Origin: the human T2T-CHM13v2.0 reference genome, Homo sapiens
Strand: one strand, 5' to 3'
Assembly (NCBI RefSeq): GCF_009914755.1
Contig: NC_060925.1
Length of the DNA stretch: 64,000 nt
Below the pieces are notes generated by a model that searched no databases, was not told the DNA's origin, and saw nothing but the letters and a program-made list of their open reading frames with translations. A program made the translations under genes and the position numbers. Each line of letters opens with the position of its first letter. The stretch's first letter is position 1. Positions 28,136 through 61,771 of the stretch are shown in pieces.

Positions 28136-29200
28136 GAAAGGAGGTGGTTTTGTGTTTTGCTTTAAGACTAGATAAAACCCGTGATCTGGGAAGCCGCCAG
28201 CCACACGATGCTATTCATCCACCTCCTTGTGTTCTACCCAAGTCAGGTGAGGCTCTGACATCCTCAGAGTTGCATCATATCCTCAGAGGATGAACATTCT
28301 GGGCCTTGCATGCCTCTTGGATAGCAAAACCCAACACCAATAGGGATGGCAAAATAGGTTTCATCTTTCACACCAGCTCCAGCCCGCTGGTAGTGGCTGC
28401 CTGGAATGCTGGATAGAGAAAGATTCTGAGACCCAGTCTGGGCTTAGTGGAGAAGAGTATCATGATGGCATAGCGACAGCAATGATGGCTGTAGATGGGG
28501 CGTCTTCCATACTGTCTGTTCTTGCAGTGGATCCTGGAAGCCTGGTAAATCTCTAAATTTGCAGAGTCCTAGAATTCTCCTGATCCACAATTCCATTATG
28601 AGGGGTATTTGTGTTTATTGCTCACGTGCCTTCATGCCACAAGAAACTGCCATTCCAGCTGTTACAGGAGTTTTCTCTCTCACTTGATCAGTAACTTCTG
28701 AACCGGCTAAAGTCCTCACGGGACCCTCTTCACGACGGACTTGTTCTTGCTTTCACAGAAAGTACACGGATGACCTTGTTGGCTCGGAGCTGCTGAAATC
28801 AACACTGGGCACTTCAATCTATCCAAAACTCATGTTTAGCTAATGCGCATCCACCTACTAGGCTGATCATTGCCTAAGAGGCCCCATGAGGAAATGAGTC
28901 GGGAATACAAAGCCATGCTGGACAGCCAGCTGGGCTCATCCCCAGCCAAGGGCCCTGCTCCTGCCCTCTCACTCATCAGCTTGGGAGAGCACATTCAAGT
29001 CAAATCAGTGCATCAACAAAACTGCAAATTACCATGAGCCATGGGTCGCTTGAAAATAGTCAAAACTTGGAATCTTCAGATGGGCATGGAGCCCCATGTC
29101 CCTTCCCTTTGGCAGTGGAGCCAGCCTCCGCCCACAGATGCATAGGTGGATGTGACCTGGCTCATCCCACTGAGGCATCAGCCAGGCTGTCTGCCTTGGC

Positions 29201-29730
<530 letters not shown>

Positions 29731-32621
29731 ATTAGCCCAAAACAGGGGCCTTCACACTGGGTTTCTCAAAACTTGGGATTGTTTGGAAGTGCTTCTGGGG
29801 GTTCACAAACGTTTGGCTCTAATTTAAATTATTTGTAGGTGTTTAGGAAGCTATAATAAAAGCATGCACTCAAATGTATTCCAGCATTTCACCATGCAGG
29901 AAATCAACATATTAACTGTCAGGTAAGTAAACTCCTTTAGTGAAGACCTCAGAATGGAGCTTCTCTGGCTATCTCCATGCATATGTATGAGCAGTATGAC
30001 AAAATGGTTGAAAACCTGGGTCCTAGAATCAGATGGACATGAGTTTGAGTCCCAGCACTGCCACTTACTAGCTCTATGGCTTTGGACAAGTTACTTTACC
30101 TCCCTAAACCAGCATGGCCAGGACACCACAAAACAGAGTAGACACTGGCCATAGTGCCGCTGCAGCCTCCTAGAGGCTGCATTGTGGGAAAATGGAGCGC
30201 TCACAGTGGAAAGGTCAGCTGAGGCCACGAGGAGACATTCAGGGGACTCAGCGCAGCATTATCTACCAACTGCTATGGAGGTATTTCAAGTTTTAGTCAT
30301 CAGTTTGGCTGTACTGGTGCACACCAATTGAGTGTCATTATAATGCCAAATCCATCTTGGCTTTGAACTTCTTGCTAGTTTCTATTTTTTTCTGGCACAT
30401 TCTGATATATCCCCACTACTCTGATTGGGCTCTCAGATAGGAGAGGGGGATGTTTTGCAACTGGCTGAGCAGTCTCAGTGCTTAGTAACAGGCTTCCATT
30501 TTTCTGCTAAGCAGCAGTCCCATTGGCTCTGGGATTTTGCTGGCAGGCATCTCCTGGAACCAGTGTTCTGCAGGGCTTGTTGGGGAAGTGGTGCTCTCAG
30601 CTAAAGGGGTCCAGTGTTTCAGAAGCCGTGGCTGCTCCACCTCAGTGCTGCATTCCCTGGTTAGGCCTGGGACTTTGGTGTTCACCTGGCTTTTTAATTT
30701 ACTGGTGAACAACACTCAATGTTCCTCATCCCTGGGCACCTCCTCACCTCTAAGACAATCAGAAGGCCCGTGTAACTGCTGCCTAAGACTGCCCCTCAGA
30801 TTTCTGGCTTTTTATTCCAGTGACTGAAAGCTTTTTTCCAGGCCTGAGATGCTCATTTGTGATTTCAATAATAGAATTTAGACTCTTAGTGTTTCTCCAT
30901 TGCCCAGGGCTGTCTGTGTCTATTAATGATGGCTCCAGTGAAATCCATGGCTTTTACTGCACCTTATCTTTCTGCTTCCAGCATCATATTTTCCTGCTTC
31001 CTGAGAGACATGGAATCATCAGTGGTGTTCATCACCAGGCCCTGGGGGCAAGACCACACAGGTCCCAGAATCCCTGCAGTTTTTCTTAATTAGGTGACAT
31101 CTGGTGCCGTCCCCAGTGCACAGGTCCACCCTGGTCAGTCAGCCTGTTGCCATGCTGTGAGCCTGGGCTGTGCCCGGCCTTGTAGGCTTCTTGCAGTCAC
31201 TGGTTCTGTGAGCCTTGGAGGCTCTTCCACGGGGGTGATTCTGACCCCTGGGAGTGAGAAGGAGAGGGCCTTTCTGCAGTTCAGCCAAGAATAAAGGAGA
31301 CTCAGGGCTGAGCTCCCTCCTTCACTTCTTTTTTGTTTCCTTGAGGTTGTTCTTGGCCCTCACAGTACCTCTGTCTAGGCTTGGAGCTCTGGAAGTAGAC
31401 ACAACCCGGGTCTTCTGCCCCAAGGCCTCCTCTGTTAGCCAGAAGGATCCTGGCTGTGCAGTGGAAATGACCTCGTGCAAAGACATTATCATATGCCCTT
31501 CCAGGGGCAATAATGCCAGTGTCCCCTGATAAAGCAGTCACTGTGGGTATCTGTCCCAGTCACTCCACACAGCCATACCCTTCCTCCCTGGGACCAGCCT
31601 CATGGAGACCTCTGACAATGACAGTAAAAACTCAGCCCAGCCTTTCTCTTCTGGCCCAAATCGTTGCTCATTTGAGAACCGCCTCTGCCTTCTCACTTTG
31701 TTCTCCTTCCTGGAATATCTTTCTGCATCTCTTACCCTGCCCCACACTGCACAGAACCTGTGCCCTTTCAGACCCTGAGCTGAGTCCCCAGAAGGACAAA
31801 GATCAAAAACCCCAGGGTGTTCTCTTCCCCTATTTCCTACCACCACATCTCCAGGCTTCTGCCCCTCTCATGATACTTTTGGTTTTCTTTACAAAGTGCT
31901 TGCTCATGACTAGGATTCCTCCTAGAAGCCTGGCAATCAGTCCACACACAGATGTCTGCTCACCCCTTCTGTCTCCCTGGGGACCAGCCATTGGTGCTTC
32001 CACCCTCCCTCTGGAGAGAGCCAGGGATGCTCAGCAAAGGAGGAGGCTGACTCATCAAGCGGTGAGAGTTCTCCTCTGAAAGTGGTGAAGAAGGGGCCGC
32101 AGGGGCTCTTGCAAATGTGGAGGATCCGCTGATGCATTTCATGGGGAGGTTATCTCATCCTGGAAGCCCTTGCTCAGCATCCACTGATGGAGAGCTCATT
32201 ACCTCCAAAGGCAGCTCTGACTGGCTTTCCACTAACAATCCCATAGCTGGAGAATTTTGCTAGTGCACATTTCAGCTCCTTCCTCTCCAAGCATCACTGT
32301 CTCAGTACCTTCTGTCTCACACCAGACCTCCTGACACTTCCCACTTCACCCCAGGCAGCACCTCACCCTGGGGCTCAGCCTGGACAACCGCCTACCTCAG
32401 CCACTGCACTTTCTTCCCCTAGAATTGAGGCCACAACAGTAGACACCCATGCTCTGTCCCGTTCCCCACCAGCAGAGCTGCTCAACAGGATGCAATAACT
32501 GGAGGAATGAGGGTGGTGGAAGTGAGGGTCTTGGCAGGCAAGAGCAACTGAACTTCGGCTCAAAGCAAGAGCAAAGGAAACACTGAGCAGGCAGCTACTA
32601 ATGCTTCTCCCGGGAAGAGCC

Positions 32622-32641
32622 TGCAGTGCCCCCTGCTGGCT
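32622..32641 (-). promoter_or_regulatory. CTCF motif
   Basis: Minus strand AGCCAGCAGGGGGCACTGCA matches the CTCF core consensus. Confidence 0.7.
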
Positions 32642-33535
32642 GGAGGAGAGTTTGTATGCGTGTCCAATTCACTCCCCTTGCTTCCTGGGCTGAGCCCTGA
32701 TGACCATTCAGGTTAGAGAATCACATGAGCAGATAGGTCATCTTGTCCAGTGGTTTCAAAATGTGTAAAATTATAGATAGAGTTGCTGGGGGCGATTTTG
32801 CATTTTGTCCATTTGAGAAAGGCCTCTGAGCTGAGGGGACACATGGGGGCTGAAATCCAGCCTCTATCCTGCTAACTAAGCTGTGTACCCCACTATGGGA
32901 CTGGGTCAGGCCAGAGGAAGGGATGTCTTTTTGTTCTTCATTCACCTAGACAGTGTCCTTTTGTAATTTGCACAAAGGTGCCATACATACCAGCAGCAGC
33001 ACTGACACAGAATGCTTCCTTCTAAGAGGGCGATCTTAAAGAACCAAGCTTCTTTGGCTAAAAGGGAGCTTGAAAACTGCCCAAAAGATGGGGAAACTGG
33101 GGGCCATGAAGGGGAGGGATTACTCAAAGTCATGCAGTTAATACCAGGACAGAGCTTAGAAGCCAGATCCACTCTCTCCCATAGCAGTGTTGTTTACACC
33201 ACATTGAGCTAGTTTTCATCCTAAGTCACTATTGAGAAATCCTGGCTTCTCTGACCCTCCCCCTCTCAGACCCATTAACTTCCCCCCTGAAATCCAGCTA
33301 CTCTGCACAGTCCTACTCTCCTACTCAGGATCATGGCACAGAATTTGCCCCAAAGGAGGGATGTTGAGAATGCCAGACCCGTCTGCATAATTTCCTACAA
33401 GTACATCACTCATAGGGATGAGGGCAGACAGGCAGAAGGACAGAACAGTGAGAAACTAGAGGGATCTACCAGAGGAGGTGTCGAAGTATGTCAGGGAGCC
33501 TGGAGCAATGTGGATCAGTAAAGCCGGTGGTTCAG

Positions 33536-47410
<13,875 letters not shown>

Positions 47411-48639
47411 GCTCCGGCTCTGACCCGGCCCGGCCAGAGCAGGCGGCGGCGTAGACGCGGAGGTGGCTGGGGCTGGGCTGCAGGAGGGAGGCGAGTCCCG
47501 GCGAGGGAAGGGGGCGGGCAGCGGCGAGGAGGCTGTGCGTGTGAGCTGGGCTCCCCGCCCGCCGGGCGGGGGGAGGTCACACTGGCCCTCTCGGTCGCCC
47601 GTGTGTCGCTGCCGCTGCTGCTGCTACTGCTGTACGGTATGAGGGATAGCTGGGCTCTCCTTCCCCGACCGACCCACGCCAGCAGCCGGTTGGGTGGTGA
47701 GGGGGGCTCTCTGGCTCTCTGGGTTTGTGGGCTGCAGCGGATTGGGGATTGCGAAAATGATGTTCTTCGCAGGCGCTGCAGGGCGCGGAGACAGGAGAGG
47801 CCTGACAACTTTTCTTTTCCCCCAGGATAGTGATCCCCAAAGGACAAAATGAAAAGCTAGCCGCTCCCCTCCCAAAAGCTAGCTGCCCATCTTTCCTTTA
47901 GGAGCTAGGACCCTGGGATCCTGACGATGTCCCCTTCCCTCCGAGGCCAGTCCATCCGGCAGACGGGCAGGAGGTGATGCATGGATGGCTCCTCTCACTA
48001 GCAGAAGCCTGCTCCCAGCGGGAGCTCAGTGAAGGGCCCAACCCGGCAGCTCCTCCACACCACCTAGGAGGGGCCCTTGAAGTCCATGTTGAGACCAGGC
48101 TCGGGTGGTCTCAGGTCGAGACCTTGGCCTGGGGTGGGGACCCAGGCCAGAGAGACTCCCAGGGACTCTGAACCCGAATTCTTGCTGGCCCTTTGGTGGT
48201 CAGCAGGGGGCGCGCATTCCTAGGCCCCCACCTGCCCAGCTTGGGGTGATTTGTTATAGGCCATGAAGGGGCTGGATAGAGGGAGGGCAGAAGAGGGGCC
48301 TCGGAACTACCATCCTGGAATTCCAGGGTGTTGTCCCTCTTGATGCAGAGCTCTGTACTAGTCTCAGGGTGCAGACACAAATGTCACCCATCCCAAGGTA
48401 CAGGCCAGGAAGCAGACAGCCTCTCTCAGAGGTGTGCATGGGTGGGTGGGAGAAGCAGGAGAAAACACTGGCTTAGCTAGGAGGGCCTCTGACTGGGGAG
48501 GTGAGGGGGCTACAGAATGGAGTGATCCCCTCAGCCTCCACCAGGTCCTGGGAGGAATAAACCAACCCTTGTGTGGGAGGAAGGGAAAAATCATAATAAA
48601 ATGTTAGGATTGGGGGAAGTGTGTTTAGACTTACTTCTA

Positions 48640-49184
48640 GAAGATTGTTTCCAGAGATGGCCCAAAAACCTCTTCCATCCTGCCTGTCCTTTGGAAATGT
48701 GACTTTGACATTCCTCCCATTCAGAGGTGGAGTCCAGTCTGAGCTGGCCCTGTGACTTGCTTTGACCAATTGAATGGAGTAGAAGTGGTGCTCTGTGGTT
48801 TCCAAGCTTACGTCTTAAGAGGCCTTGCAGATTCCATTTTTGCCCTCTTGGGAGCCAGCTACTATGTAAATAAGTCTGGACTATCCTGCTGGAAAGGCCA
48901 CGTAGTGAGACAGATAGGACCTGGAGGATAAGAAGCTAGCGACAGCCCAGGTGACTATAGGCACAATTGACAGACATGTGAATGAGGCCATCCTGGCTGT
49001 CCCAGCCCCAGCTCAGCTCCCAGTGGAGTGCAGCTATGTGGGTGACGCCAGCCAACACAACCTGAAGCAGTAAAACCTTCCAGCTGAGCCCAGCCAACTC
49101 ACAGAATCATCAAAAATAATAAATTGTTGTTTCAGGCACCAAGTTTTGGGGTAGCTTGTTACACTGCAATAAATAATTGAAACT
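48640..49184 (+). mobile_element. MLT1G/H-like MaLR LTR
   Basis: cccagccaactcacagaatcat...taaattgttgttt..gcaccaagttttggggtagcttgttac. Confidence 0.7.
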
Positions 49185-50328
49185 CTAGGAATGAGGTCAA
49201 TTATTCTCAGGTGCCTCATGGAGAAGAATGATGAAGTAACTCAGGAAGAATACATAGAGTGGTTACTTGGATGGAGGTGGGCACTTCACACAAAAGTGAG
49301 CCACCCCCATGCTGTCCAGCGGCCTTTAATCTGTGTGATTGGCTTGAAAAGATGACCTGGGCCAAGCAGATTTGTCTTTCTCAGGAATTTGGAATTGGGA
49401 AATGGGCTGGGCAGTCAACCATTGGAATAGAAGCTGAGGATGCTGTGAAATACAGTTGGCTCCGAAGAGACCTGGGTGAGCCTCAGCAGACTGCAGTTAT
49501 ATGCAAAGTAAAGCTCGGCGCAGGTGGAGACTCTCTGAGCAGAATGAGATGAGCAGCAGATCAAGATGGGAAAGGATGTGCAGAGAGCAGCACATGAGAG
49601 AAACCATGCTGCCCTGAGATGGAGCCGCCTCTGCTCCTGACAGTTTCCCAAGTTCTAGCTAAGGCCTGGCTCTGGTGCCCATCTCTACACTTTCATGAGA
49701 TTCTCCACATTGTTTCAACAAATGCCCCCAAAAGGAAATTTGGTGGATTGTGGTTTTGCTTGAGTGGCCACTTTTCCCGGCCTCTCTTTCTAATAAAAAG
49801 CCCTGCCTCCCTGGTTTTCTGGTCAAGAAGTACCAGACCTGGTACAGAGACCTGTAACTGAGACCTGACCAATGGCGGAGCCCTGTGTCCCTGGACACAA
49901 GGATGAGCATGTGACCCCAGCTGAGACACTCTTCACTCTTATTTAGGGCTTCTGGGAGATTTGGCTCTTTTTCTCTGAGGTTGTTAATTTGGGGCAATGT
50001 GAGCTGGGAACCCATTTGGCAGGTGAAAGAACATGGAAGAAGCACATCTGGAAGGACAATGGTGCCACAGAGAGAGAAGCAGAAGGAGGGAGGGAGAGAG
50101 GATGCAACTGAGTTTCTGGACCCAGCCATGCCTGAACTTCCCAATTACATGAGCCAATAAGCCTCCCTTTTTGCTTAAGCTTGTGTGAGTTGGATTTCGT
50201 TCACTTGCAACCAAAAGTCCCAACTAATCCATTCCCCTTTACTCACCCTGCCATGAGTAGGCACTGTTCCTTGCCATCAAGGAATCCTGCCCAGACTCCT
50301 GGTTCAGTCCCTTTAAGAACTTTCCCCG

Positions 50329-50655
<327 letters not shown>

Positions 50656-51020
50656 TTAGAGAACTTGATCCTTAACTGTTCTTTCCACCCTTCCAGGCTT
50701 CTGGCCATGCTCTCTGGCTTGCCTGTCACTTGCTAATAGCTGGCTGGGTGCAGGGCTTCCCTGGCTCAGGGTTTCTGGACTCCAGCCAGGACTTTGCCTC
50801 CAGGTCCAGCACTTCTTCAGATGAATAAGCTGGGAACAGACCCTGTAGGGCATGACTCCAGGAGCCCCACACCTGGCTGTTCCCTTGGAGAGCCCTGCTC
50901 CAGCATGCCTGGCCCTGTTGGCTAATGTTTAGTAAGACCTGGGGCAGATGCCACCTCCTCCATGAAGCCATGGCTGCCCTTTGCTCTTTACCTATTCCTC
51001 ACCTCTCCCCAGTCAGGTAA

Positions 51021-51366
<346 letters not shown>

Positions 51367-51378
51367 GTTTTTTTTTTA

Positions 51379-51867
<489 letters not shown>

Positions 51868-53213
51868 TTAAATGTGTGCTTGGCTCAGCCAACAGCAGAT
51901 CACATGGGAAGTGTTTGTTGATTGTGAGGGACTGTGTACACGTGAAGGGCCAATCGTTGGAGAGTTGGGAGGGTTTCATAGAGGAGGAGATAATTGAGAC
52001 AGGGGAATGGGTGACCCAGGGAGGAGCAATGGCTTGTGCACAACACAAAAGCATAAGAGACCCCTTAGGAAATGGGGGCCATTCAGGATGGCTTAGTGCA
52101 GGGTGCAGGATGAAAAGTGAGAGGAAGAAAAAAACCTTCTGAGATCGGCTGGTGCCCGATCATGCAGGACCTGGAGGGATATTTAAGGAGCAAATCATAC
52201 AGAGGGGCAAGGGGAGCCTTTGAAGAGCTGACATGGTTAGATTTGTGCTTTAGGAAGGTCACTGTGGCTTCTTAGTGGCAGCTAGATGGGGCAGAGGGCA
52301 AGGCTGAAAGTAGGAGGTGGACTAATTTGGCTGGGTTAGAGATTATGAGGGCCTGAGTGGGTAGTTTTTGGGAGAAGGCAACCCAGGACCTGTGTGCCCA
52401 AAGTAGACAGGGGACAGGACTTCCCATCCCCCAGCGTGGCCTCAGCTGGGAATAGCAACCCCAAGTTCTCAGGCCTCTGAGTCACCTCCTTAGTTAGGTT
52501 CATGGTTGCCCCGAGGCCAGGTCAGCCTCCTTCCTCTGTCCTAATTACTTCCTGCCAAGGGAGCTGGCCACCTCCAAGTGTCCTTGACGCAACCCTTGTA
52601 GAAGCAATTGAGCATTTCAGGAGAAGGCAGGCAGCTCCAGCCACCACTGCCCCCAACTCTCTGCAGGGAACAGTGCTTCTTGGACTGTCAGGGGACATTC
52701 TGAGAGGAACACTTCACCACCAACTCCCACCCCAACCCTTGACCATATTTCAGGTCAAGGTGGAACAGGTTACGCACTATGCAATGACCCGTGACCAGCA
52801 GGAGAGGCAGGCTGAAATGCAGCCTGTGCTCCTCTTGTGAAGCTGTGCACCCTAATATGACAGGGCTGTATTCACCTGGAGGAAGGGAGATATTTTCCTA
52901 ATTAGCCCAAAGGCGCTATCCACTGCCCAGCTGCGTACTTATGGGGCTGCTTCCACTCAGAGGGGTGCCTTTTCCTAAGTCATACAAAGGGCGCCATATG
53001 GACGAATTGTAACCCTGGCTCTTGGCCTTTCTTTCCGCTGGCCACTGTCCTCTCATTTGGGCTCTTAAGAGGCCTTTCACTGGGCAGAGGGGGAAACTAA
53101 GTCCCAACGTCTGCTGCCATTAGCTTCCTTCTGAGGGAATTGCTCACAGGTCCCACATATCAGTGTCCAGTCAGGCTACAGATGGTTGGGCCAAGGGAGG
53201 ACACCTGACCTAA

Positions 53214-53804
<591 letters not shown>

Positions 53805-54014
53805 TGAGGTTCAGTCATTCTTGATTTTCCATCTTCAGAGTCCCTTATAATCTGCTCCCCCATTTCTTTGAACTAGCTCAAGTGAGTCTCATGCCATGTT
53901 CCCAGAGTCCTTGCTAGAACAAGGACCTTGGCCCTTCACTGAGTGAGCCTCCCCAGGCCTCTTCTGTCCCTTTCTCCCCACCCCAATCCTGTCCCAGTGT
54001 AGGGAAGAGCAGGA

Positions 54015-57000
54015 GCCCTCAGCACAGTTGCACCTTTTATTCACTGTCAGTGGGGAAAGAAACACACCACACAGCACAGGGTTGAGCAGTGAGGGCAGTC
54101 ACTGAGTGCACAGCCAGAAGCAGCACATCTGGAGGGGATAGGGGGCTACACTGGAACTGGCCTCCTTCCCCTGCTACCCAGACCCCCCCCTTCCCCAAGC
54201 CTCCTTTCTACTGCTGCTTAGAAGGCCCTGGGCCTGACTGGCCTCCACCAAGCAGGAAGGGCTATACACCCTGGCAGGCCCAGTCCTGCCCCCACACTCT
54301 GGCAAAGGTAAAAAGAAAACCTCGAAAATTCCAGAAAGAAAATCCCATATTTTTCTGACTTTTTAATTCCAAGGTTTGAATTATTTCTTTTTTCAAGAAT
54401 GATGAATAAAACATGTAAGACATTCTTGACCCCACAGTGATCTCTAAAGTCAGCTCAAAGCCTCACCCAGGGTGGATCTTCAGGAAATATTTGTTGCTTC
54501 AATACATTTTTGTGTAAAAAATATTTAGTGTCAGCTTACTACCCTGCCTGGAGACCCCAGCTTCTTCTCTTCTTCTCTTTCTTTTCTTTCCCCCATCCCA
54601 CGCCATTCCTTCTCTCTCTGCAGCAAGGCAAATTTCTACCTCTAGAGACTCTGCCATTGTCAGGAAAGGATTTAGTGCCTTTACTTATGAACTAACTTTT
54701 TCTTCACTTTTGATATACAGGTAAGTTAAATAATCCTGACTACAGCTGAAAGGACTAAAGTGGCCATCTGAAGTAGCCTTTGCTGATAATTTTTAGAGAT
54801 AAGAAATAAGATGCTCATCAATTAGCCCAAAAGGATGAATGAGGGTAGAGTATGTGAGAAGGCAGATTCTGGGACCTTGCAATTCACAGAGTTGTTGCAA
54901 TAAGATTGGAATTTAAAGGAGAGTTTGAATATATCAATGTTTTGATTGTCTGTATATTTTTGTGTCTGTGCAAGTCATACATAAATCTCTGCCAGCCTTG
55001 TGCTTTGTGGCAAGTCTCTCTCAGCTGGTGCAGGGACGGGAGACCTGTGTCTCTTCTCAAGGCAGGGCCAGTGCTCTACCACAGTGCTCCTGAGCACACA
55101 GTCCCTGGGACACCCAGGAGTATGCAGGAGCATGTCCTGGGCCACCTGTTGTTCCTTCCATCAGCAAGATGGTGGTCCCAGTTCCTGGCCTGGCATTGTG
55201 TGTTCACACTGCTGGGCTGTCTGAGAATATTGGGCCTGAGGAGCAAAAATCACCCATGGGTATGTGTGTCCAGAAGCCTGGAGTAATCAAACACGCCTTC
55301 ATGGGTAGGCATGTTTCTCTTAGTGAAGATGATGGTGGGTAAAGACAATGCAGGATGCTTCGAGGGTTCTGAGTCAGAGGACTCCCAGGACAGCACTGAG
55401 CTGTTAGCACAGCTGCCAGAGGCAGAACACTGAGTGCTTGAAAATGTGGGGACTTCAACCAAGCTCCTATTTTTTTTGGAAGACCACAATCTCAGAAGCT
55501 TTTTAGCAGGAAGCCTATAAAGGATGAATATCAATGTAACTTGCCCTGCTGTCAACCTCTGCACAGCTTAGTCACAGAAATGGACAGGGAAGAGACTCTG
55601 AAAAGAAGAAATCCTCTTAGAGCCTTGGTTCAAGTCTTAGCCCTGTGTCACCTCCTGACTATGTGATCTTGCACAAGGGATGCTTCCTCTCTGAATCTCA
55701 GCTTCCAAGTCTAGAGAAAAGAAGTGAAAATCCTCACCTCCATGGGATGTGAGTATAGAATGAGATGGGGCACATGGCAAGCCTTTGAAAGCCATGAAAT
55801 TCTGTGTGGTTGCGAATTAGGCTAGATTCAGCATTTGCAGGGAAGGAACCTCACTTAGTGAAAAGCTTTTCACCAGAAGATTTAGGTCCCAGCTAAGCCA
55901 GGCTGGTGAGCATCTATGTGTCTGTGATGCTGACTGACCGCACAAGACATACCTAATAGCCAGCTCCTGGGAGCAATGCAACATCCTTGAGGCATTGCTG
56001 GATAAACAACTGCTAGTTCCTGCCTGAGGATGTGAACTCCCCAGCCTCACCATATGGCTGGTCATGAGCAAGAGGATAGCAAAAGGATAGCAACCCAGTG
56101 GTTGCAAACCAGTGGTTGCTATCCCCATCAAGAGGATAGCAACCCAGTGGCCTTGCTACCTCCAAGGGCCCAGTAGAGCTTGGGACCAAGCTCTATTGAT
56201 CAGCATCCCCCAGAGTTTTCACCTGCAGAGAAGCAGGACAGGTGGGCACTCAGGAGTGAGGAGCATGCTGCATCTCTTTCCTGCAGATGCAATTCCCCTG
56301 CCCCGGGCTCAGCAATCATTTCCTGCTCCCACCCTGGGCTGACAGCACCTGTGTACTAGACTGTTTTCACCGGCAGTTCAAGAGGAAATCAACTGTCACT
56401 GCACGTCAAAGGTAATTTCTGATCACAAGTACAGGAGAAAGACCTGATGAAGAAGCAAGATTAATTTTTCCGGCAGTCAAAGCATGCAGCTGTATAGCTC
56501 ATGGATCCAAAATTGGGAAGCAGGCATTGGAAAGCAGAACCAGCACACTTGGAAGATGTTGAACTACCTGGCAGATCTAAGATTTGGGGTTAGAAAAAGC
56601 CTCTCAAACAGAGCATGCCTGGCACATTTTTAGGCATTTCGTCCATAAATTATGTCTGGGTGCCTAAACAGTGGCCAGGTGAGCCTTTTCTTCTAGCTCT
56701 TTCTGATTCTGTGGCAGTGAAGGAACAAGTCCAGTTCTGAAACTAAACCCAATCCAGAAACGAACTACCAAGATACGGAATATACACTAGTTTCACTCTT
56801 TGCAAACCTTGCTTTTTCCTGTCCCTGAAGTCAGCACCCAACCGGAGTAAGTATGTAGCAGAAAGTTGCTTGTTGAATTGAAAAAGGTAATAAAAAGGAA
56901 GAGCTGAAGCAGCAAAAACTGCTGAGAGTGGCAGCTCAGGACTTAGTCTTAAAAAGTGTTATCTGGTAAATTTCATGGTCTTTTCTCCCTTTCTTCTCAG

Positions 57001-57918
57001 GTTTTTTCCCCTTGAAAATTAATATTTTCTCTATTCATTTAATCATTTTATAATAAACCAAGTAATATAGAGTATATTTTAACCTCCTGAAATAATAAAA
57101 TGACTGTAGCTCCTTTAAAGGGTACTAAAAAAATAAGTATGACATAAATTTCATTTTTCTTAAAACTTTCACTCACGTGGCTCCTAAACTTCCAAATGCT
57201 TTTCATTTCGTCCTTCTGCAGCTTTGTGTGGAGCTGAGCTGGAAGATGAAATAGCTCCTCCCAGACTAACCAGCCTTCCAGCACCTTCTGCTTAGCTGAG
57301 ACCCTGACGGCTGGAAGTTTGCCTCACAACCCTATGAGCTTCCAGAGGGCACAAGATGTGTCTTGTAAATGACCATATCCTTAGCACCAAACAGGTGCTC
57401 AGTAATCATTAGCTGAAGAAAGGACTGAATGAACGCTCCAAAGGCTGGGGCTGGAAGGGCCAGGTAGAGTAGAAGGGATGGGGAAGAGACCCCCTTTATG
57501 GGATCTGGAGCCTCAGGAATGGACAGACCCAATTTGGCCCTGTGACAGGCCTGTGGGACCACATCCTATAAAGCATAATCCCAGGATCAAGAGAATTCCT
57601 AACCAGAACCCCAGGCCCCCAACTCCTTAACCTCACCTCCTGGGGCAAAAGCCAACTCCCCTATGCCCAATGGACATTGGTTCTGGCCAAGTGGGAGGTG
57701 GGGCTAGAAGACAGGGTACTGGAGGACCTGTCTCTTTTGCAGGGTGAGGTGGTCCCTCAAAGATCTTGATGGAGGGGAGGAAGGGCTTGGGCAGAGGACT
57801 GGGTGGGCCAGAGAGGGGGGCTGGAGTGTCCCTCCTCCTGGGAGGCCAGCCAGAGAGGTCATCAGGTTGGGAGGTGGCCATGCCCCTTCTGGCCAGGGAC
57901 CCTGCCCCTCACCAGCTT
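54015..57918 (-). other. HPCAL4: HPCAL4 3'UTR (~3.9 kb), polyA signal AATAAA at 54036-54041
   Basis: Alu-free stretch downstream of the stop codon; TTTATT on the plus strand at 54036-54041. Confidence 0.6.
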
Positions 57919-60010
<2,092 letters not shown>

Positions 60011-60858
60011 GGCGGGGCCTGTGGGACAGAGGGATTCCTCCGACTGGGTCCAGGGAAAGGCCCTGCCTCAGCCACAGCTGCCCCCTCCCCTGCCACACAC
60101 AGGGTGGGGTTGCAGGTTCCTTCCCCTCATGACACTCCCCCATAATGGGGCCTCCTCTCCCCTCACAACACCTGCATTCAGGTAGGTTTCTTCTCCTAGC
60201 CCCGGGGGTCTCCCGCCTTCCAGGTCTCAGCTCTCCTCCTCACTGACCGTGCAGCACTCCACAGTCTTCATCCTCTCCCCTCCTGCTCACACCTTTCATG
60301 GCTCCCGTGCCCACAGACTAAGGCCTTGACTCCTCTCCTTGCCATTTAGGGCTTTCTGAAGTCAGCCCCCACCCTCCTTGGCAGGCTTCTGTCCTGAGGA
60401 GGGACCCAAGGTAGGTTCCTTGTGTGTCCCCTTGGCACTGTCTCCCAATTTCTTCCTCAAGGCTTTCTTGGGCCACCCCAGCAGGGAGCTTCTCTCCCTC
60501 TTTCCTCTATACAAATAGAAATCCTCTACTGACATTTGGCTTTTCATTAATCCATTCATTCCCTGAGCATTTATTGAGACTGACTGTGTGCTAGGCCCTG
60601 TGCCAGTGATGGAGATGAAGCAGACATGAGCCAACCTTCAATAACTTGTAACTGGGTCAAAGAGGCAGATGGTTGGTTACAAAGGGCCTCCAATCCATGC
60701 CAAGAAATTGGAGGGAACAGACGCTCCTGGGATTTTTTAAAACAAGGGCTGGGAAGATTGCATTCATTCCACAATATTTACAGAATGCTTATGATATACC
60801 CAGTCTTGAACGAGTCACTGGGGACCCAAGAAAAGGTATGTGTTTTAAAATTTTTCCA

Positions 60859-61771
<913 letters not shown>

